Positions 9,983-19,912 of a stretch of 64,000 bases of DNA are shown here, piece by piece; positions within the stretch are counted from its first letter, which is position 1; each line of letters starts with the position of its first letter. The stretch lies in the IMG/VR virus record IMGVR_UViG_3300042691_044733, positions 1-64,000 of that record. One strand, written 5' to 3'. The notes below the pieces were generated by a model. That model was not told the DNA's origin. It did not search any database and saw only the letters and a program-made list of their open reading frames with translations. Both the position numbers and the translations under genes were made by a program. This DNA comes from a virus.

Positions 9983-10009
9983 AAGGGAGGCTAGATCAAC
10001 CTCCCTTTT
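9983..10009 (+). terminator. Rho-independent terminator
   Basis: AAGGGAGG-N9-CCTCCCTT followed by Ts. Confidence 0.7.
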
Positions 10010-10020
10010 AATTTTTATTT

Positions 10021-10686
10021 ATGAATGATTTAAAAACTTTTACTTTAACAAGTACTTGTTTAGGATTCAATTTTCAAAACATTGAATTTAAAAACTTAAA
10101 TGTTTTTGTTGGAGCAAACGCAACTGGTAAGTCTTTTATTTTCAAAACTATATTTGGTATTTGTGAAGGAATTGAACTTGTAAAGAGTGGATTTTTTGGT
10201 GAACCTACAGATGCTCTACAGTATATTTTGAAACATACTTTTGATGATTTTGAAAAATTAGATTTCAAAGTTCACTTAAAATTTACTGAAGGGAATTGTG
10301 ATGTTGAAGTAGATGGAAAAGTTACACAATTTGATTTTGATCATCATCTTAAATATCCAAGAATTAATTATTTCAGTCCAAACACCAGATTGTTTGGGAA
10401 TTTTGATTTGTATTTGACTTTAAAGAAAAATGTTTCAGAAGAAGATTTATTGAAAACAATAAAAATATATGATATAATTCAAATTGAAAAAATTCTTAAT
10501 AAATTACCCGCTGATGTAAAAATTCTTAATCTTAATAACGAAGAAGAAGACGTGAAGATTTATGTTAAAGATAACAAAATGTTCATGACAAGATCTAACG
10601 GAACCGAAGTAAGATTATCTTCTCTTTCTAATGGAGAACAAAGTTTAATAATGTTATCTGGCATAATTTCATTAACAATATCATGA
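10021..10686 (+). CDS. ABC/AAA_15-type ATPase-like protein lacking Walker B
   Basis: NVFVGANATGKS Walker A and LSNGE signature; protein ends shortly after the signature. Confidence 0.7.
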   Translation: MNDLKTFTLTSTCLGFNFQNIEFKNLNVFVGANATGKSFIFKTIFGICEGIELVKSGFFGEPTDALQYILKHTFDDFEKLDFKVHLKFTEGNCDVEVDGKVTQFDFDHHLKYPRINYFSPNTRLFGNFDLYLTLKKNVSEEDLLKTIKIYDIIQIEKILNKLPADVKILNLNNEEEDVKIYVKDNKMFMTRSNGTEVRLSSLSNGEQSLIMLSGIISLTIS

Positions 10687-10889
10687 TTTACTACATTACA
10701 ACATTCATTTTATTATTTTCACTGTACTTGTTATTCTGTAAAAGAATAGAAGCAGTGTGCAAACAAAAAAATGTGCAATATAATTCATTAGAATTACCTT
10801 ATTATTTTGAGTACGTTGTATTCAATTTTGTAAGAGTTCTGTTGTTTATATGTGCACTTACAATAATTATTAAAATTTTAATCATATGA
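10683..10889 (+). CDS. Small membrane protein
   Basis: Two hydrophobic segments. Confidence 0.55.
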   Translation: MIYYITTFILLFSLYLLFCKRIEAVCKQKNVQYNSLELPYYFEYVVFNFVRVLLFICALTIIIKILII

Positions 10890-11033
10890 TAGCCGCAGGA
10901 TTTATAATTATTCGGGTACTCATATTTTTACTTATTGCATATTTGATTATCCGTTATGCAATTGGGTACCCTGTTTTTAAGAAAACAAATACAAATACAA
11001 ATAATTCAAAAACAACAAAAAACACAAAAAGAA

Positions 11034-12278
11034 ATGGAAACAAAAAAAATCATTAAACTGGTCTCAATTGCAGTAATTCTGATCTTGGGGATTATCATTG
11101 CTGACAACATGATGATTAATGTGAATGCAAATGAAGTCGTAGTACTTCAAGATCCGATTGATGGAGAAATCCATGTACACAGTCAACCTGGTGTAAAAAA
11201 TCAGAATTTTGCAAAAGTAGGTGCTACTTATTTTAAGCAGTACACTTATGCTTTTGATATTCCTGAAGATAAAAAGGATGAATTAAATTATGACAGCGCC
11301 TGGGTTGATCCGAATGTATCACAGTATGGAATTAAAATTCAATTTAATGACAATGGTGAAGCTTATATTTTTGGTTCAATGCCTACTTATTTTCCTGAAG
11401 ATGAAGTAAATGTTAAAAATTTACATTCTAAATGGGGTACTTTTGAAAGTGTAACTAAAGGGTTAATACAAAGACAATTAAACAGTGCTGTATTTAATGT
11501 AGGTCCTTTAATGTCTTCTAAAGAAAGTGTTTCTGAAAAAAGATCTGATCTTTTAAGATACATTGAAGACATTGTAACAAATGGTACTTATCAAATGAAA
11601 ATAACTGAAAAAAAAGAAATAGATGGTATTTCCAAAGATACTATTGTAGTCAAACGTGCAGAACTTGCAGAAGATTTAAATTCTCCAGGTGGTCTTAAAA
11701 GACAAAGTAGTTCTGAAATATCTCTTTATGGAATAAGAATCGGTTCTCCTGTTATTTCTCGAATTGTTTATTCTCCTAAAGTTAAAGGTCAAATTGATAC
11801 TCAACAAGAATTAATGATGAATATTCAAACTGCTAAAGCAAAATCACTTGAAGCTCAACAAAATGAGAAAACTGCAATTAGTCAAAAAGCAGCAGCAGTT
11901 GCAGCAGTTGAAGCAAAATATGAAGCAGAGAAAAGACAAGCAACTATTGAAGCAGAAAAAGAGAGAGATGTTGCTCTTGTTAACATGAAAAAAGCAGAGT
12001 ACAATAAACAAGAAATGATTTTACGTGCAGAAGGTGAAGCTGAATATAAAAGAAAAATCATGATTGCAGATGGTGCACTTGATAAAAAACTTGAAGCATA
12101 CACTACTGTTATGACTTCATTTTTTGAAAATTGGGGTAAGAATAAGGTGTCAATTGTACCTTATATGTCTTCAGGTGGTAACTCTGCATCAGGTGGAGAT
12201 GCTTTAAACCAGTTTTTCATGTTGCAGAATGCTTCTGTAGCAAAACAGTTGGGTTTAGATTTTAACATTCAAAAGTAA
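11034..12278 (+). CDS. SPFH/Band-7 (flotillin-like) membrane protein
   Basis: N-terminal TM segment, SPFH-like domain, Ala/Glu-rich coiled coil (AEAE, AEGEAE); likely start ATG11034. Confidence 0.8.
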   Translation: METKKIIKLVSIAVILILGIIIADNMMINVNANEVVVLQDPIDGEIHVHSQPGVKNQNFAKVGATYFKQYTYAFDIPEDKKDELNYDSAWVDPNVSQYGIKIQFNDNGEAYIFGSMPTYFPEDEVNVKNLHSKWGTFESVTKGLIQRQLNSAVFNVGPLMSSKESVSEKRSDLLRYIEDIVTNGTYQMKITEKKEIDGISKDTIVVKRAELAEDLNSPGGLKRQSSSEISLYGIRIGSPVISRIVYSPKVKGQIDTQQELMMNIQTAKAKSLEAQQNEKTAISQKAAAVAAVEAKYEAEKRQATIEAEKERDVALVNMKKAEYNKQEMILRAEGEAEYKRKIMIADGALDKKLEAYTTVMTSFFENWGKNKVSIVPYMSSGGNSASGGDALNQFFMLQNASVAKQLGLDFNIQK

Positions 12279-12299
12279 TCAATTATTTTTCAATACAAA

Positions 12300-12926
12300 A
12301 TGGAAGAAACAAAAACAAAAGCAAAAAGAGTAGGCACTTCAAAAACAGAAGCAATTATTGGAACTGCTGCTAACAAACTTGTTCAGGCAACAACTGCACT
12401 TGCAAATGCTTCAGATGAAGCAAAGAAACTTGTAGTTCTTGTTGAGGAACAAACTTTAAAAGCAACTGATCTGGAAGAAAAAATTGCTTCTCTTGAGGAA
12501 GAATACAAACAGAAGAGAAACTCTGCAAATGTGGAACTTTCCCTTGCTTATAAAGCAGATCAAGAGCAATTTGCAAGAGAATATGCCAGAGCAAACAACA
12601 TGCAATTAATTTCTACAGAAGAGTTGAATAAACTTGCTTCAAAAGCAAAATATGAAGAAGATGTTGTAAAACAAAGAATTTCAGAAGAAGTTACTAAAGT
12701 CACTAACATGTATGAAAGTGATAAAAAAATTAAAGATGCTGAATTTGCTTCCGATAAAGCTACTTTAACTTCTGAAAATGAATCTCTTAAGAAAAACATT
12801 GCTTTTCTTCAGGATGAAATTAAGAGTTGGAAAACAGCTCTTGATAATGAAAGAGCTGCTTCAGTTGAGCGTGCTAAAGCATCTTCAGTTGGATCTATTA
12901 ATGTATCTCCAGCAGGAGGAAGATAA
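12300..12926 (+). CDS. Coiled-coil protein, possible SPFH partner
   Basis: Heptad-rich E/K/A composition; adjacent to the SPFH gene. Confidence 0.7.
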   Translation: MEETKTKAKRVGTSKTEAIIGTAANKLVQATTALANASDEAKKLVVLVEEQTLKATDLEEKIASLEEEYKQKRNSANVELSLAYKADQEQFAREYARANNMQLISTEELNKLASKAKYEEDVVKQRISEEVTKVTNMYESDKKIKDAEFASDKATLTSENESLKKNIAFLQDEIKSWKTALDNERAASVERAKASSVGSINVSPAGGR

Positions 12927-12983
12927 TCATGTAAATTTAAATAATACCACTTTGATTTTAAATCAGGTGGTATTATTTTTTAA

Positions 12984-13056
12984 GCACCTTTAGCTCAGTT
13001 GGTAGAGCAAAAAACTCATAATTTTTAGGTCATAGGTTCAAATCCTGTAAGGTGCA
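12984..13056 (+). tRNA. tRNA-Met or Ile2 (CAT)
   Basis: GCACCTT/AAGGTGC acceptor; TAGCTCAGTTGGTAGAGC; AAAAA-CTCATAA-TTTTT anticodon arm; GGTTCAAATCC. Confidence 0.9.
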
Positions 13057-13083
13057 CTAATTAAAATTAAAAAAATTAAAACA

Positions 13084-13968
13084 ATGATAACACTACTTAA
13101 AAAACAACCAACTGTTGAACAAATACATGCTGAATTTGATTCAGCTGAAGAAAGAATTTTATCAGAATGTGATAAAATATTATCAGAATTAAAAATACCT
13201 ACTGAAACTCAAATAGAGCGTAAAGCTTCTATTATGAAAGAAATAGGATTTATTAATTCAGAAACTGTTAAACAAGCTCAAGCTTTAAAAAAGAACAATG
13301 AACTTATTCAGAAACAATTAGAAATTACTTCTAAACAAGCTAATTTCATAAAAGAATTAAAACAATATTATCCTTTTGAAAAGTTTATTACAGTAGATGA
13401 ATTAGAAAGAATATGTAGTAAGTATAATCTTATTCATGCTCCAATTGCTAATTACATAAAAGATGTTCCTGAAAAAAATCTTTTAGAAATTAAAAATTGT
13501 AAGAAATTATTATATGGTCATAAATGTGAAATATTATATAAAGTTACATTTAGTTGTTTTCTTAATCTTATACAAAATAAAGAGTATAAAGACTATATCG
13601 GATTAAAAGATTATCGTAAAATTCCTAAAACTTTAATAGTTCCTGAAGATATTGATACTACTTGGAGATTTTCAAATTTTATAAAAAAAAAATATAATAT
13701 TGAAAAAACTATTCCAATTGAAAGTTCACAATTTGAAAAAATAGATAAATCAGGACTATTTATTGCTGCTCCTAAATCACATTTTGATTTAAAAGGTTTG
13801 AAACATAAATCTAAATTTGGATTTTTTAAAACAGAAATACTTGAAGTAAAAGATCCAGTAGTATTTGAATATTGTAAAAATGATATTTGCAGAATTATTA
13901 CTAAATGGGGTACTGATGATGATCAAAGTTATTTGGATCCAAATTTAATTAATGAAACTTTAAATTAA
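13084..13968 (+). CDS. Hypothetical protein
   Basis: ORF track; KDPVVF...ITKWG motif shared with 397..1185. Confidence 0.75.
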   Translation: MITLLKKQPTVEQIHAEFDSAEERILSECDKILSELKIPTETQIERKASIMKEIGFINSETVKQAQALKKNNELIQKQLEITSKQANFIKELKQYYPFEKFITVDELERICSKYNLIHAPIANYIKDVPEKNLLEIKNCKKLLYGHKCEILYKVTFSCFLNLIQNKEYKDYIGLKDYRKIPKTLIVPEDIDTTWRFSNFIKKKYNIEKTIPIESSQFEKIDKSGLFIAAPKSHFDLKGLKHKSKFGFFKTEILEVKDPVVFEYCKNDICRIITKWGTDDDQSYLDPNLINETLN

Positions 13969-13975
13969 TTTAATT

Positions 13976-14368
13976 ATGATAGAAATAATTATTGCTCATT
14001 TACTGGGTGATTGGGTATTTCAATCTAGAAAAATGGCTGTAGAAAAGGGTAAACAAACATTAAAAGGTTATTTATACTGTTTATTTCATGTTATTCTTTA
14101 TACAGCCGTTTTTTATTTTATTGTACCCAATAAATCCATGTTATTTTACTTGTCAATAATGATTCCGCACTTTTTGATTGATAAATGGAGTCTTGTTTCA
14201 TATTGGCAAAGATTTAGAGATGGTAAATTTTGGTGGGAATCTTATAAAGAAAATCCTACTATATTTACAGAAAGAGTTGAAATGGGATTTGCAGGATTAA
14301 GATATGCAGTTGAAGATAATACAATTCATTTAATTTGTCTGTATTTATCTTTTGTATTTTTTTCTTAA
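13976..14368 (+). CDS. DUF3307-like membrane protein
   Basis: AHLLGDWVFQS...H...HFLID...DNTIH motifs. Confidence 0.8.
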   Translation: MIEIIIAHLLGDWVFQSRKMAVEKGKQTLKGYLYCLFHVILYTAVFYFIVPNKSMLFYLSIMIPHFLIDKWSLVSYWQRFRDGKFWWESYKENPTIFTERVEMGFAGLRYAVEDNTIHLICLYLSFVFFS

Positions 14369-14380
14369 AATTGTATCCTT

Positions 14381-14463
14381 ACCGAGGTGGAGAAATTGGT
14401 AAACTCGCAACACTTAAAATGTTGTGTCTCAATGACTTACGGGTTCGATTCCCGTTCTCGGTA
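14381..14463 (+). tRNA. tRNA-Leu(TAA)
   Basis: ACCGAGG/TCTCGGT acceptor; CAACA-CTTAAAA-TGTTG anticodon arm; long variable arm. Confidence 0.9.
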
Positions 14464-14599
14464 CTAATTAAAAAATTAAATAATATGGAAAATAATATAC
14501 CAACAGCAGAAGCTGCTTTAAAAACTGCTTGGGGAGCTGAATTTAATAGTTTTGAAGAATTTATGAACTGTTATCCACTTGATAAAATAAAATAATATC

Positions 14600-14869
14600 A
14601 TGAACGGAGAAAGAATAAATTATGTATTTACTGGAGAATATTTTGTCGGTGTACCAGTTAATATTTCTGGGGTTGTTATACAAGCAAAATCATTAGAAGA
14701 ATTGCAATCAAAAGCTCTAATAATTTGTAATGCTCATTTAAAAATGTTAATGAAATTAATAAATGAACAGCCTTTTAAGTTGGTGGAAGTTGATGAATTG
14801 GAGAGCACTAAACAATTTAAAGAGCTAAGAAGATATAAAGAACTTTTTGGTGAGTTACCAACTTATTAG
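14600..14869 (+). CDS. Hypothetical protein
   Basis: ORF track. Confidence 0.55.
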   Translation: MNGERINYVFTGEYFVGVPVNISGVVIQAKSLEELQSKALIICNAHLKMLMKLINEQPFKLVEVDELESTKQFKELRRYKELFGELPTY

Positions 14870-15080
14870 TCCTGCACCAAAATATAAACCTTATGAGTGG
14901 AAAAATAAACCCACTAAGCATTGGTTGTCTAAATCAATAAAATGTATTGAAGATAATTTAGTTTTTGATTCTCAAACAGAAGCAGCTAAATACTACAATA
15001 TATCAGTAACATCAATTAATAATATATTAAATGGAAAAAGTAAAAAAACAAGAAGTGGGAAGTCTTTTTGTGTCTTATGA
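14847..15080 (+). CDS. NUMOD1-like DNA-binding fragment (endonuclease remnant)
   Basis: VFDSQTEAAKYYNISVTSINNIL. Confidence 0.5.
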   Translation: MVSYQLISPAPKYKPYEWKNKPTKHWLSKSIKCIEDNLVFDSQTEAAKYYNISVTSINNILNGKSKKTRSGKSFCVL

Positions 15081-15396
15081 AGAAGCATTAGAACTTAAAG
15101 AACTTGGGTTTAATGAACCATGTATTGCTACTTATGACGAGGACAAAGAGTTTGAAATACAAGATTTTGAACAAAATTATGATACTTTTCCTTCACACAT
15201 AATTGCAGCACCACTATACCAACAAGCATTTAGATGGTTTAGAGAGAAGTATAATATCCATATCAGAATTGAAAAATATAATGAAACTAAATGGTGGGCA
15301 AATTGGGGAAGTTGGACTTCAGAAATTTATGATTCATACGAAGAAACAGAACTTGCTTGTCTTAAAAAATTAATTGAAATTGTTAAAAATAAATAA
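15031..15396 (+). CDS. Hypothetical protein (GFNEPC / APLYQQAFRWFREK family)
   Basis: ORF track; paralogs at 7288 and 7737. Confidence 0.7.
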   Translation: MEKVKKQEVGSLFVSYEEALELKELGFNEPCIATYDEDKEFEIQDFEQNYDTFPSHIIAAPLYQQAFRWFREKYNIHIRIEKYNETKWWANWGSWTSEIYDSYEETELACLKKLIEIVKNK

Positions 15397-15399
15397 CTT

Positions 15400-15678
15400 A
15401 TGAAACACAAAACATGGATTAAAACAAGCTTTTACAGTTTATTATTAGGATGGTTCTTTTTTATGATATTATCTCTTTATAGTCATCATAATAATAATGA
15501 AAATGTTAGTATATGTGTATTTATCATAGGATTATCTTTTTGTCTTTTGGGTAGTTTTATAATGTTACCTCTTTTAAGAAATGAAGATTTATTCAAATCT
15601 ATCGAAGAACTTGAAAAAGAAAGAGAAAAATATTATAAAATAAGAATAAGAATTGAACAAAAAATAAATGAGTTATGA
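15400..15678 (+). CDS. Small membrane protein
   Basis: Two TM segments. Confidence 0.6.
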   Translation: MKHKTWIKTSFYSLLLGWFFFMILSLYSHHNNNENVSICVFIIGLSFCLLGSFIMLPLLRNEDLFKSIEELEKEREKYYKIRIRIEQKINEL

Positions 15679-15950
15679 AAGGAATTTATTTAACAGAACA
15701 AGGTAAACAAGAGATTGAAGCTAAGATAGCTGAGCTTGAATATATTTTTGAAAGGGAAGGTGAGTTGTTTTCAAGTAGAGATAGTGGGAAATATCACTTG
15801 TATAAAGAAATCCTATCCTCAGCAACAATACTTCCTGTTGAAGAACGTTGGGATAATATAGTTGCTATTATAAATATGGATTCTGGTGCTGTAAATGCAT
15901 TAAACTATTCACATTTTCCAAACGGAGTAATAATTCAACCTAAACAATAA
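15675..15950 (+). CDS. Hypothetical protein
   Basis: ORF track. Confidence 0.6.
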   Translation: MKGIYLTEQGKQEIEAKIAELEYIFEREGELFSSRDSGKYHLYKEILSSATILPVEERWDNIVAIINMDSGAVNALNYSHFPNGVIIQPKQ

Positions 15951-16133
15951 AGTTATGACACAAACTAAAAAGCAGCAAGAGGAAATTAAGCAAGCGATAA
16001 GGCAAAGTCCTCCAAAAGATGAAAGAAGCTATCTTTTTGACATAACAGGATGTCCTGGATATGAAGGTTATATACCTAAATCATTAGGACATGAAGTATG
16101 TAAATATTGTGGAACAATTGAATATTATCACTA

Positions 16134-16676
16134 ATGAATTACACACTACACAAACTACCAGAAGGATTTATTGTTACTTCTGATGAAGAAATAAAAGAAG
16201 GTTGTTCATCGTGTTATGATACATTAAGACACCATATTACAAGTAAATGTATCGAAATCATTGTTAAAGATATTCACAGAAACGACTATTTAGTTTTTGA
16301 AGGTAATACAGGTAACCCGAGAGACACTTATAAAAAAATAATAGCCCAACAAGACCAAATAGATTTTAGTTTAGTTAAAGATAAAATCACTGATTGTAAA
16401 TTTCCTGTAAATGTAACAGGTAATTTTGAAAATGGTGTTTTTAGGATACAGAGTATTATAGGTAAAGAATATGAAATTCCTATTGTTTGGGAAAGTTATA
16501 AAAGGTATAAAGTGGAAGCAAATAATCTTGAAGAAGCTGTTACTAAAGCTTTAAAACAGTTTTTATCAGAACCAGATGATGAATATATTGAAGATAGTTT
16601 TTCTATAGATGATATTATTTATGATGAAAATCCCGATGAAGATTTTCATATTCATAAAATATATAACTCTTTGTAA
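16134..16676 (+). CDS. Hypothetical protein
   Basis: ORF track. Confidence 0.65.
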   Translation: MNYTLHKLPEGFIVTSDEEIKEGCSSCYDTLRHHITSKCIEIIVKDIHRNDYLVFEGNTGNPRDTYKKIIAQQDQIDFSLVKDKITDCKFPVNVTGNFENGVFRIQSIIGKEYEIPIVWESYKRYKVEANNLEEAVTKALKQFLSEPDDEYIEDSFSIDDIIYDENPDEDFHIHKIYNSL

Positions 16677-16679
16677 AAA

Positions 16680-16711
16680 TTTGGAATTGTAATTTATTTG
16701 TTGTATATTTG
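16680..16711 (+). promoter_or_regulatory. Bacteroidota-type sigma70 promoter
   Basis: TTTG-N20-TATATTTG. Confidence 0.65.
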
Positions 16712-16733
16712 TAGGATAAAAATATATAATATT

Positions 16734-16871
16734 ATGATTAAAGAAAAAGATTTAACAATCAGACTTGAGTTTGAACTCAAACAAAAAATTAAAGAAAAGG
16801 CTAAACAACTTGGTTTATCTACTTCTGCTTATGTTAGAATGATAATTAAAAAGGAGGTAGAAAATGGATAA
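16734..16871 (+). CDS. Ribbon-helix-helix (CopG/Arc-like) protein, 45 aa; not in the ORF track
   Basis: MIKEKDLTIRLEFELKQKIKEKAKQLGLSTSAYVRMIIKKEVENG. Confidence 0.7.
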   Translation: MIKEKDLTIRLEFELKQKIKEKAKQLGLSTSAYVRMIIKKEVENG

Positions 16872-17397
16872 TCAAGAGATTTGGAAAGATATACCTGTTT
16901 ATGAAGGGTTGTATCAGGTAAGTAATTTAGGAAGAGTTAAAACTTTAGAAAGAAATGTTTTTTCAAAAGGTAAATTACATTATATTCAAAAAGAAAAGAT
17001 TTTAAAAACATCTTTATACAAAGATGGATATGAAAAAGTTATCTTACAAAAAGATAAACATATAAAAACCTATAAAGTACATACATTAGTAGCAATATGT
17101 TTTTTAAATCATAAACCTGATGGAACTCATAAAATTGTAGTTGACCATATTGATAATAACAGAAGTAACAACAATCTTAATAATTTAAGATTAATTAGTA
17201 ACAGAGAAAATTTATCCAGATTAAAAAGAAAATCTAAATATGTAGGTGTACATTGGTGTAAACTTAATCAAAAATGGAAAGCTGCAATATGGATAGATGG
17301 TAAAAGAAAAAGTCTAGGTTATCATTTAGATGAATATTCTGCTCATTTAAAATATCAAGAAGAACTAAATAAACTAAAAGAAAATGTACATACTTAA
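16864..17397 (+). CDS. NUMOD4-HNH-AP2 homing endonuclease
   Basis: EIWKDIPVYEGLYQVSNLG; VDHIDNNRSNN; SKYVGVHW...KWKAAI...SLGY. Confidence 0.9.
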   Translation: MDNQEIWKDIPVYEGLYQVSNLGRVKTLERNVFSKGKLHYIQKEKILKTSLYKDGYEKVILQKDKHIKTYKVHTLVAICFLNHKPDGTHKIVVDHIDNNRSNNNLNNLRLISNRENLSRLKRKSKYVGVHWCKLNQKWKAAIWIDGKRKSLGYHLDEYSAHLKYQEELNKLKENVHT

Positions 17398-17564
17398 AAA
17401 AATAGATAATAATTTTGAATTATTTGATAATGATAAGTTTATATCAAATAATTTGGATTTCTCTAATCTTACAGAAGAAGAACAGAAAAAGATTGGATTA
17501 ATTTAAAATATCTCTTTTTTTTATCAAAAAGATTGTTTATCTTTGAAGATAAAATCTAATCAAT

Positions 17565-18134
17565 ATGTTAAAAGCAAAAAATTCAACTTATAGAAGTTGG
17601 CAATCAATGAAAGCAAGATGTTATAATCCTAATCACTTAAAATATTTAGATTATGGTGGTAGGGGTATAACAGTTTGTGAAGAATGGAAAAATTCTTTTG
17701 AAAAGTTTTTAGAAGATATGGGTGAAAAACCTGACTCTTCTTATTCAATAGAAAGAATTAATAATGATTTAGGGTATTTTAAAGAAAACTGTAAGTGGGC
17801 TACTAAAAAAGAACAATCTAATAATAGAAGAAATTGTATCAATATTACTATTAATGGAGAAACTTTAACAGTTACACAATGGGCTGAAAAACTTGGAGTT
17901 AGTAATATGACTTTAAGAAATAGAATAAAAAGAGGTTGGGATTTAGAAGAAGCTGTTAAAACTAAAATAGTAAAAGGTAAAGATACAAGAAGATTTGAGT
18001 TATTGTTTGAGTTTTTAGATAAAGGTATGTCTTTGAAAGATGTAGCTTTGATTGCATATTCTACACCTGAAAAAATTCAAAAAGCATATGAAAAAAGAAA
18101 TAAAAACAACAAAAATGAAAAATACTTCAAATAA
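17565..18134 (+). CDS. HNH-type endonuclease (YGGRGI family)
   Basis: YRSWQSMKARC..YGGRGITVCEEW..SIERINNDLGY..NCKWAT. Confidence 0.85.
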   Translation: MLKAKNSTYRSWQSMKARCYNPNHLKYLDYGGRGITVCEEWKNSFEKFLEDMGEKPDSSYSIERINNDLGYFKENCKWATKKEQSNNRRNCINITINGETLTVTQWAEKLGVSNMTLRNRIKRGWDLEEAVKTKIVKGKDTRRFELLFEFLDKGMSLKDVALIAYSTPEKIQKAYEKRNKNNKNEKYFK

Positions 18135-18462
18135 GGTTTTTTCTTTAGAAGAAGCAAAAGAAATATGGAAAGCTGGACAAGAATATTGGAAAACTTCTGG
18201 TGAAAGTAAGACTTTTGAAGAAACAATAGAACCTCTTGGAGAACTTCTATCTGATAAAAAGTTTACTTTGGAGGATATAGAGCAAGCTATGATTGAAGGA
18301 TTGTCTATTGAAAAGTTTTGGGAAAAATGTGTTCAATCTCTATCTCAACCTAAATCATGGAAAATAGAGTTGGAGATGGAGTTTTGCCCACAAGCATTAC
18401 CACAAGATAGATACAAACCAGAACTCACTGACGGTAAAGTTAAAATACTTAGAGTACTATGA
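18052..18462 (+). CDS. Hypothetical protein (true start probably downstream)
   Basis: ORF track. Confidence 0.55.
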   Translation: MHILHLKKFKKHMKKEIKTTKMKNTSNKVFSLEEAKEIWKAGQEYWKTSGESKTFEETIEPLGELLSDKKFTLEDIEQAMIEGLSIEKFWEKCVQSLSQPKSWKIELEMEFCPQALPQDRYKPELTDGKVKILRVL

Positions 18463-18516
18463 TTGATTTTATAATCTATACTGTTATTTTTATACTTTTT
18501 ACGATTTTATTATACT

Positions 18517-19098
18517 ATGAAACAAATAACAAATAAAACAATCCTTAAACAAGGTCAAAATACATTTCAACCAATAGAAGTTGATGGAGTTATTTATTGG
18601 TATGAAGATAAACAAATACCTAATGTTGGTTATGTTAAATCAATCTGTTTAGGTGAAATTGAAGCCAATAAAACACATGGAGTTAAATTAGGCGACAAAC
18701 AATATGTCTCTCCATTTGTAAATAAAGTTGGTGAATGCTATGGTTGCAGAAAAATAGTAGCTCAATCTTCACTTAAACTTGAAGGAATACCTGTTATTAG
18801 TTTGGATAGTTATGTTCAAGATAAAGCATATAAACACACAGAAAACCTTATTCTTTCTTCAGAAGGTAGAACTCAAAGATGGTGGGGATTTATAGAAGGT
18901 TACAAATCAAACCCAAATCAATACACTCAAAAAGATATTGAGAAAGCTATTGAATTAGCAAGGGAATACACTTTAAGTGAAAAATATGGTGATATTGTTG
19001 TTGATTTTGATTACTTTGAAACTCAAATTATAGATCAAATCAATTTTATTTCAGTAATTGAAGTGGATGAATTTTTTTGTATAAAAGATTATTTTTAG
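18517..19098 (+). CDS. Hypothetical protein
   Basis: ORF track. Confidence 0.65.
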   Translation: MKQITNKTILKQGQNTFQPIEVDGVIYWYEDKQIPNVGYVKSICLGEIEANKTHGVKLGDKQYVSPFVNKVGECYGCRKIVAQSSLKLEGIPVISLDSYVQDKAYKHTENLILSSEGRTQRWWGFIEGYKSNPNQYTQKDIEKAIELAREYTLSEKYGDIVVDFDYFETQIIDQINFISVIEVDEFFCIKDYF

Positions 19099-19106
19099 TA
19101 TCTTTG
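19076..19106 (+). promoter_or_regulatory. Bacteroidota-type sigma70 promoter
   Basis: TTTG-N19-TATCTTTG upstream of the GIY-YIG gene. Confidence 0.55.
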
Positions 19107-19120
19107 TAAAAAGAACTAAA

Positions 19121-19891
19121 ATGAAATTAAAAGATTTACACTCAGAGTTACCAGAAAATATATTGAAAACGGGAGTCTATATTATTTATCTTACTAATAA
19201 ACCAAATTATTTTTATGTAGGTAGTGGAAGTACAATAAAAAGTTCTTCTAACAAAGTAGGTATAGAACAAAGATGGTTTAATCATTTTTCTACTTTAAAA
19301 AGAAATAAACATTACAATAAGTATTTACAAAGAAGCGTAAATAAGTACGGTATTGAAAATTTAAGGTTTAAAATAATAGAATTATGTAGTCCTGAAGAAT
19401 GTATTAACATTGAACAAAAATGGTTGCAATATTACATTACAAATTTTAAAGTTTATAATCTAAATAAAGTCAACCCAAACAGGTTAGGTGTTAAGTTAAA
19501 TCAAAAAACAAAAAATAAAATAGGAAAAGCTAATTCTAAATTACCTGTTTATCAATTTGATTTTAATGGAAATTTAATAAAAGTATGGGATTCTGTTTCA
19601 CAAGCAGAAAAACATTTTAATAATGGAAAAATTATTTATAAGTGTGTACAAAATAAATCTAACACCGCTTATGGGTATATTTGGTCTTATAGTAAAGAAT
19701 TTAGTTTCAAATCATATAACAATAGTAAAAAAATTCGTCAATATGACTTAGAAGGAAATCTTGTTAAAGAATGGTTTAGTATAACTGAAGCAGCTAAATT
19801 TTATAAGGTACAAGGAAGCTCTATATCTATTTGTTGTAGAGAAAACTATAGAACTTGTTGTGGATTCAAATGGAGTTATGCAACTAATTAA
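19121..19891 (+). CDS. GIY-YIG homing endonuclease with two NUMOD1 repeats
   Basis: GVYII...YVGSG...RW..H...EQKW...YN; two (V/I)xQ(F/Y)DxxGNL(I/V)KxWxS repeats. Confidence 0.9.
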   Translation: MKLKDLHSELPENILKTGVYIIYLTNKPNYFYVGSGSTIKSSSNKVGIEQRWFNHFSTLKRNKHYNKYLQRSVNKYGIENLRFKIIELCSPEECINIEQKWLQYYITNFKVYNLNKVNPNRLGVKLNQKTKNKIGKANSKLPVYQFDFNGNLIKVWDSVSQAEKHFNNGKIIYKCVQNKSNTAYGYIWSYSKEFSFKSYNNSKKIRQYDLEGNLVKEWFSITEAAKFYKVQGSSISICCRENYRTCCGFKWSYATN

Positions 19892-19912
19892 AACAATTTA
19901 ATATTATAAGTT

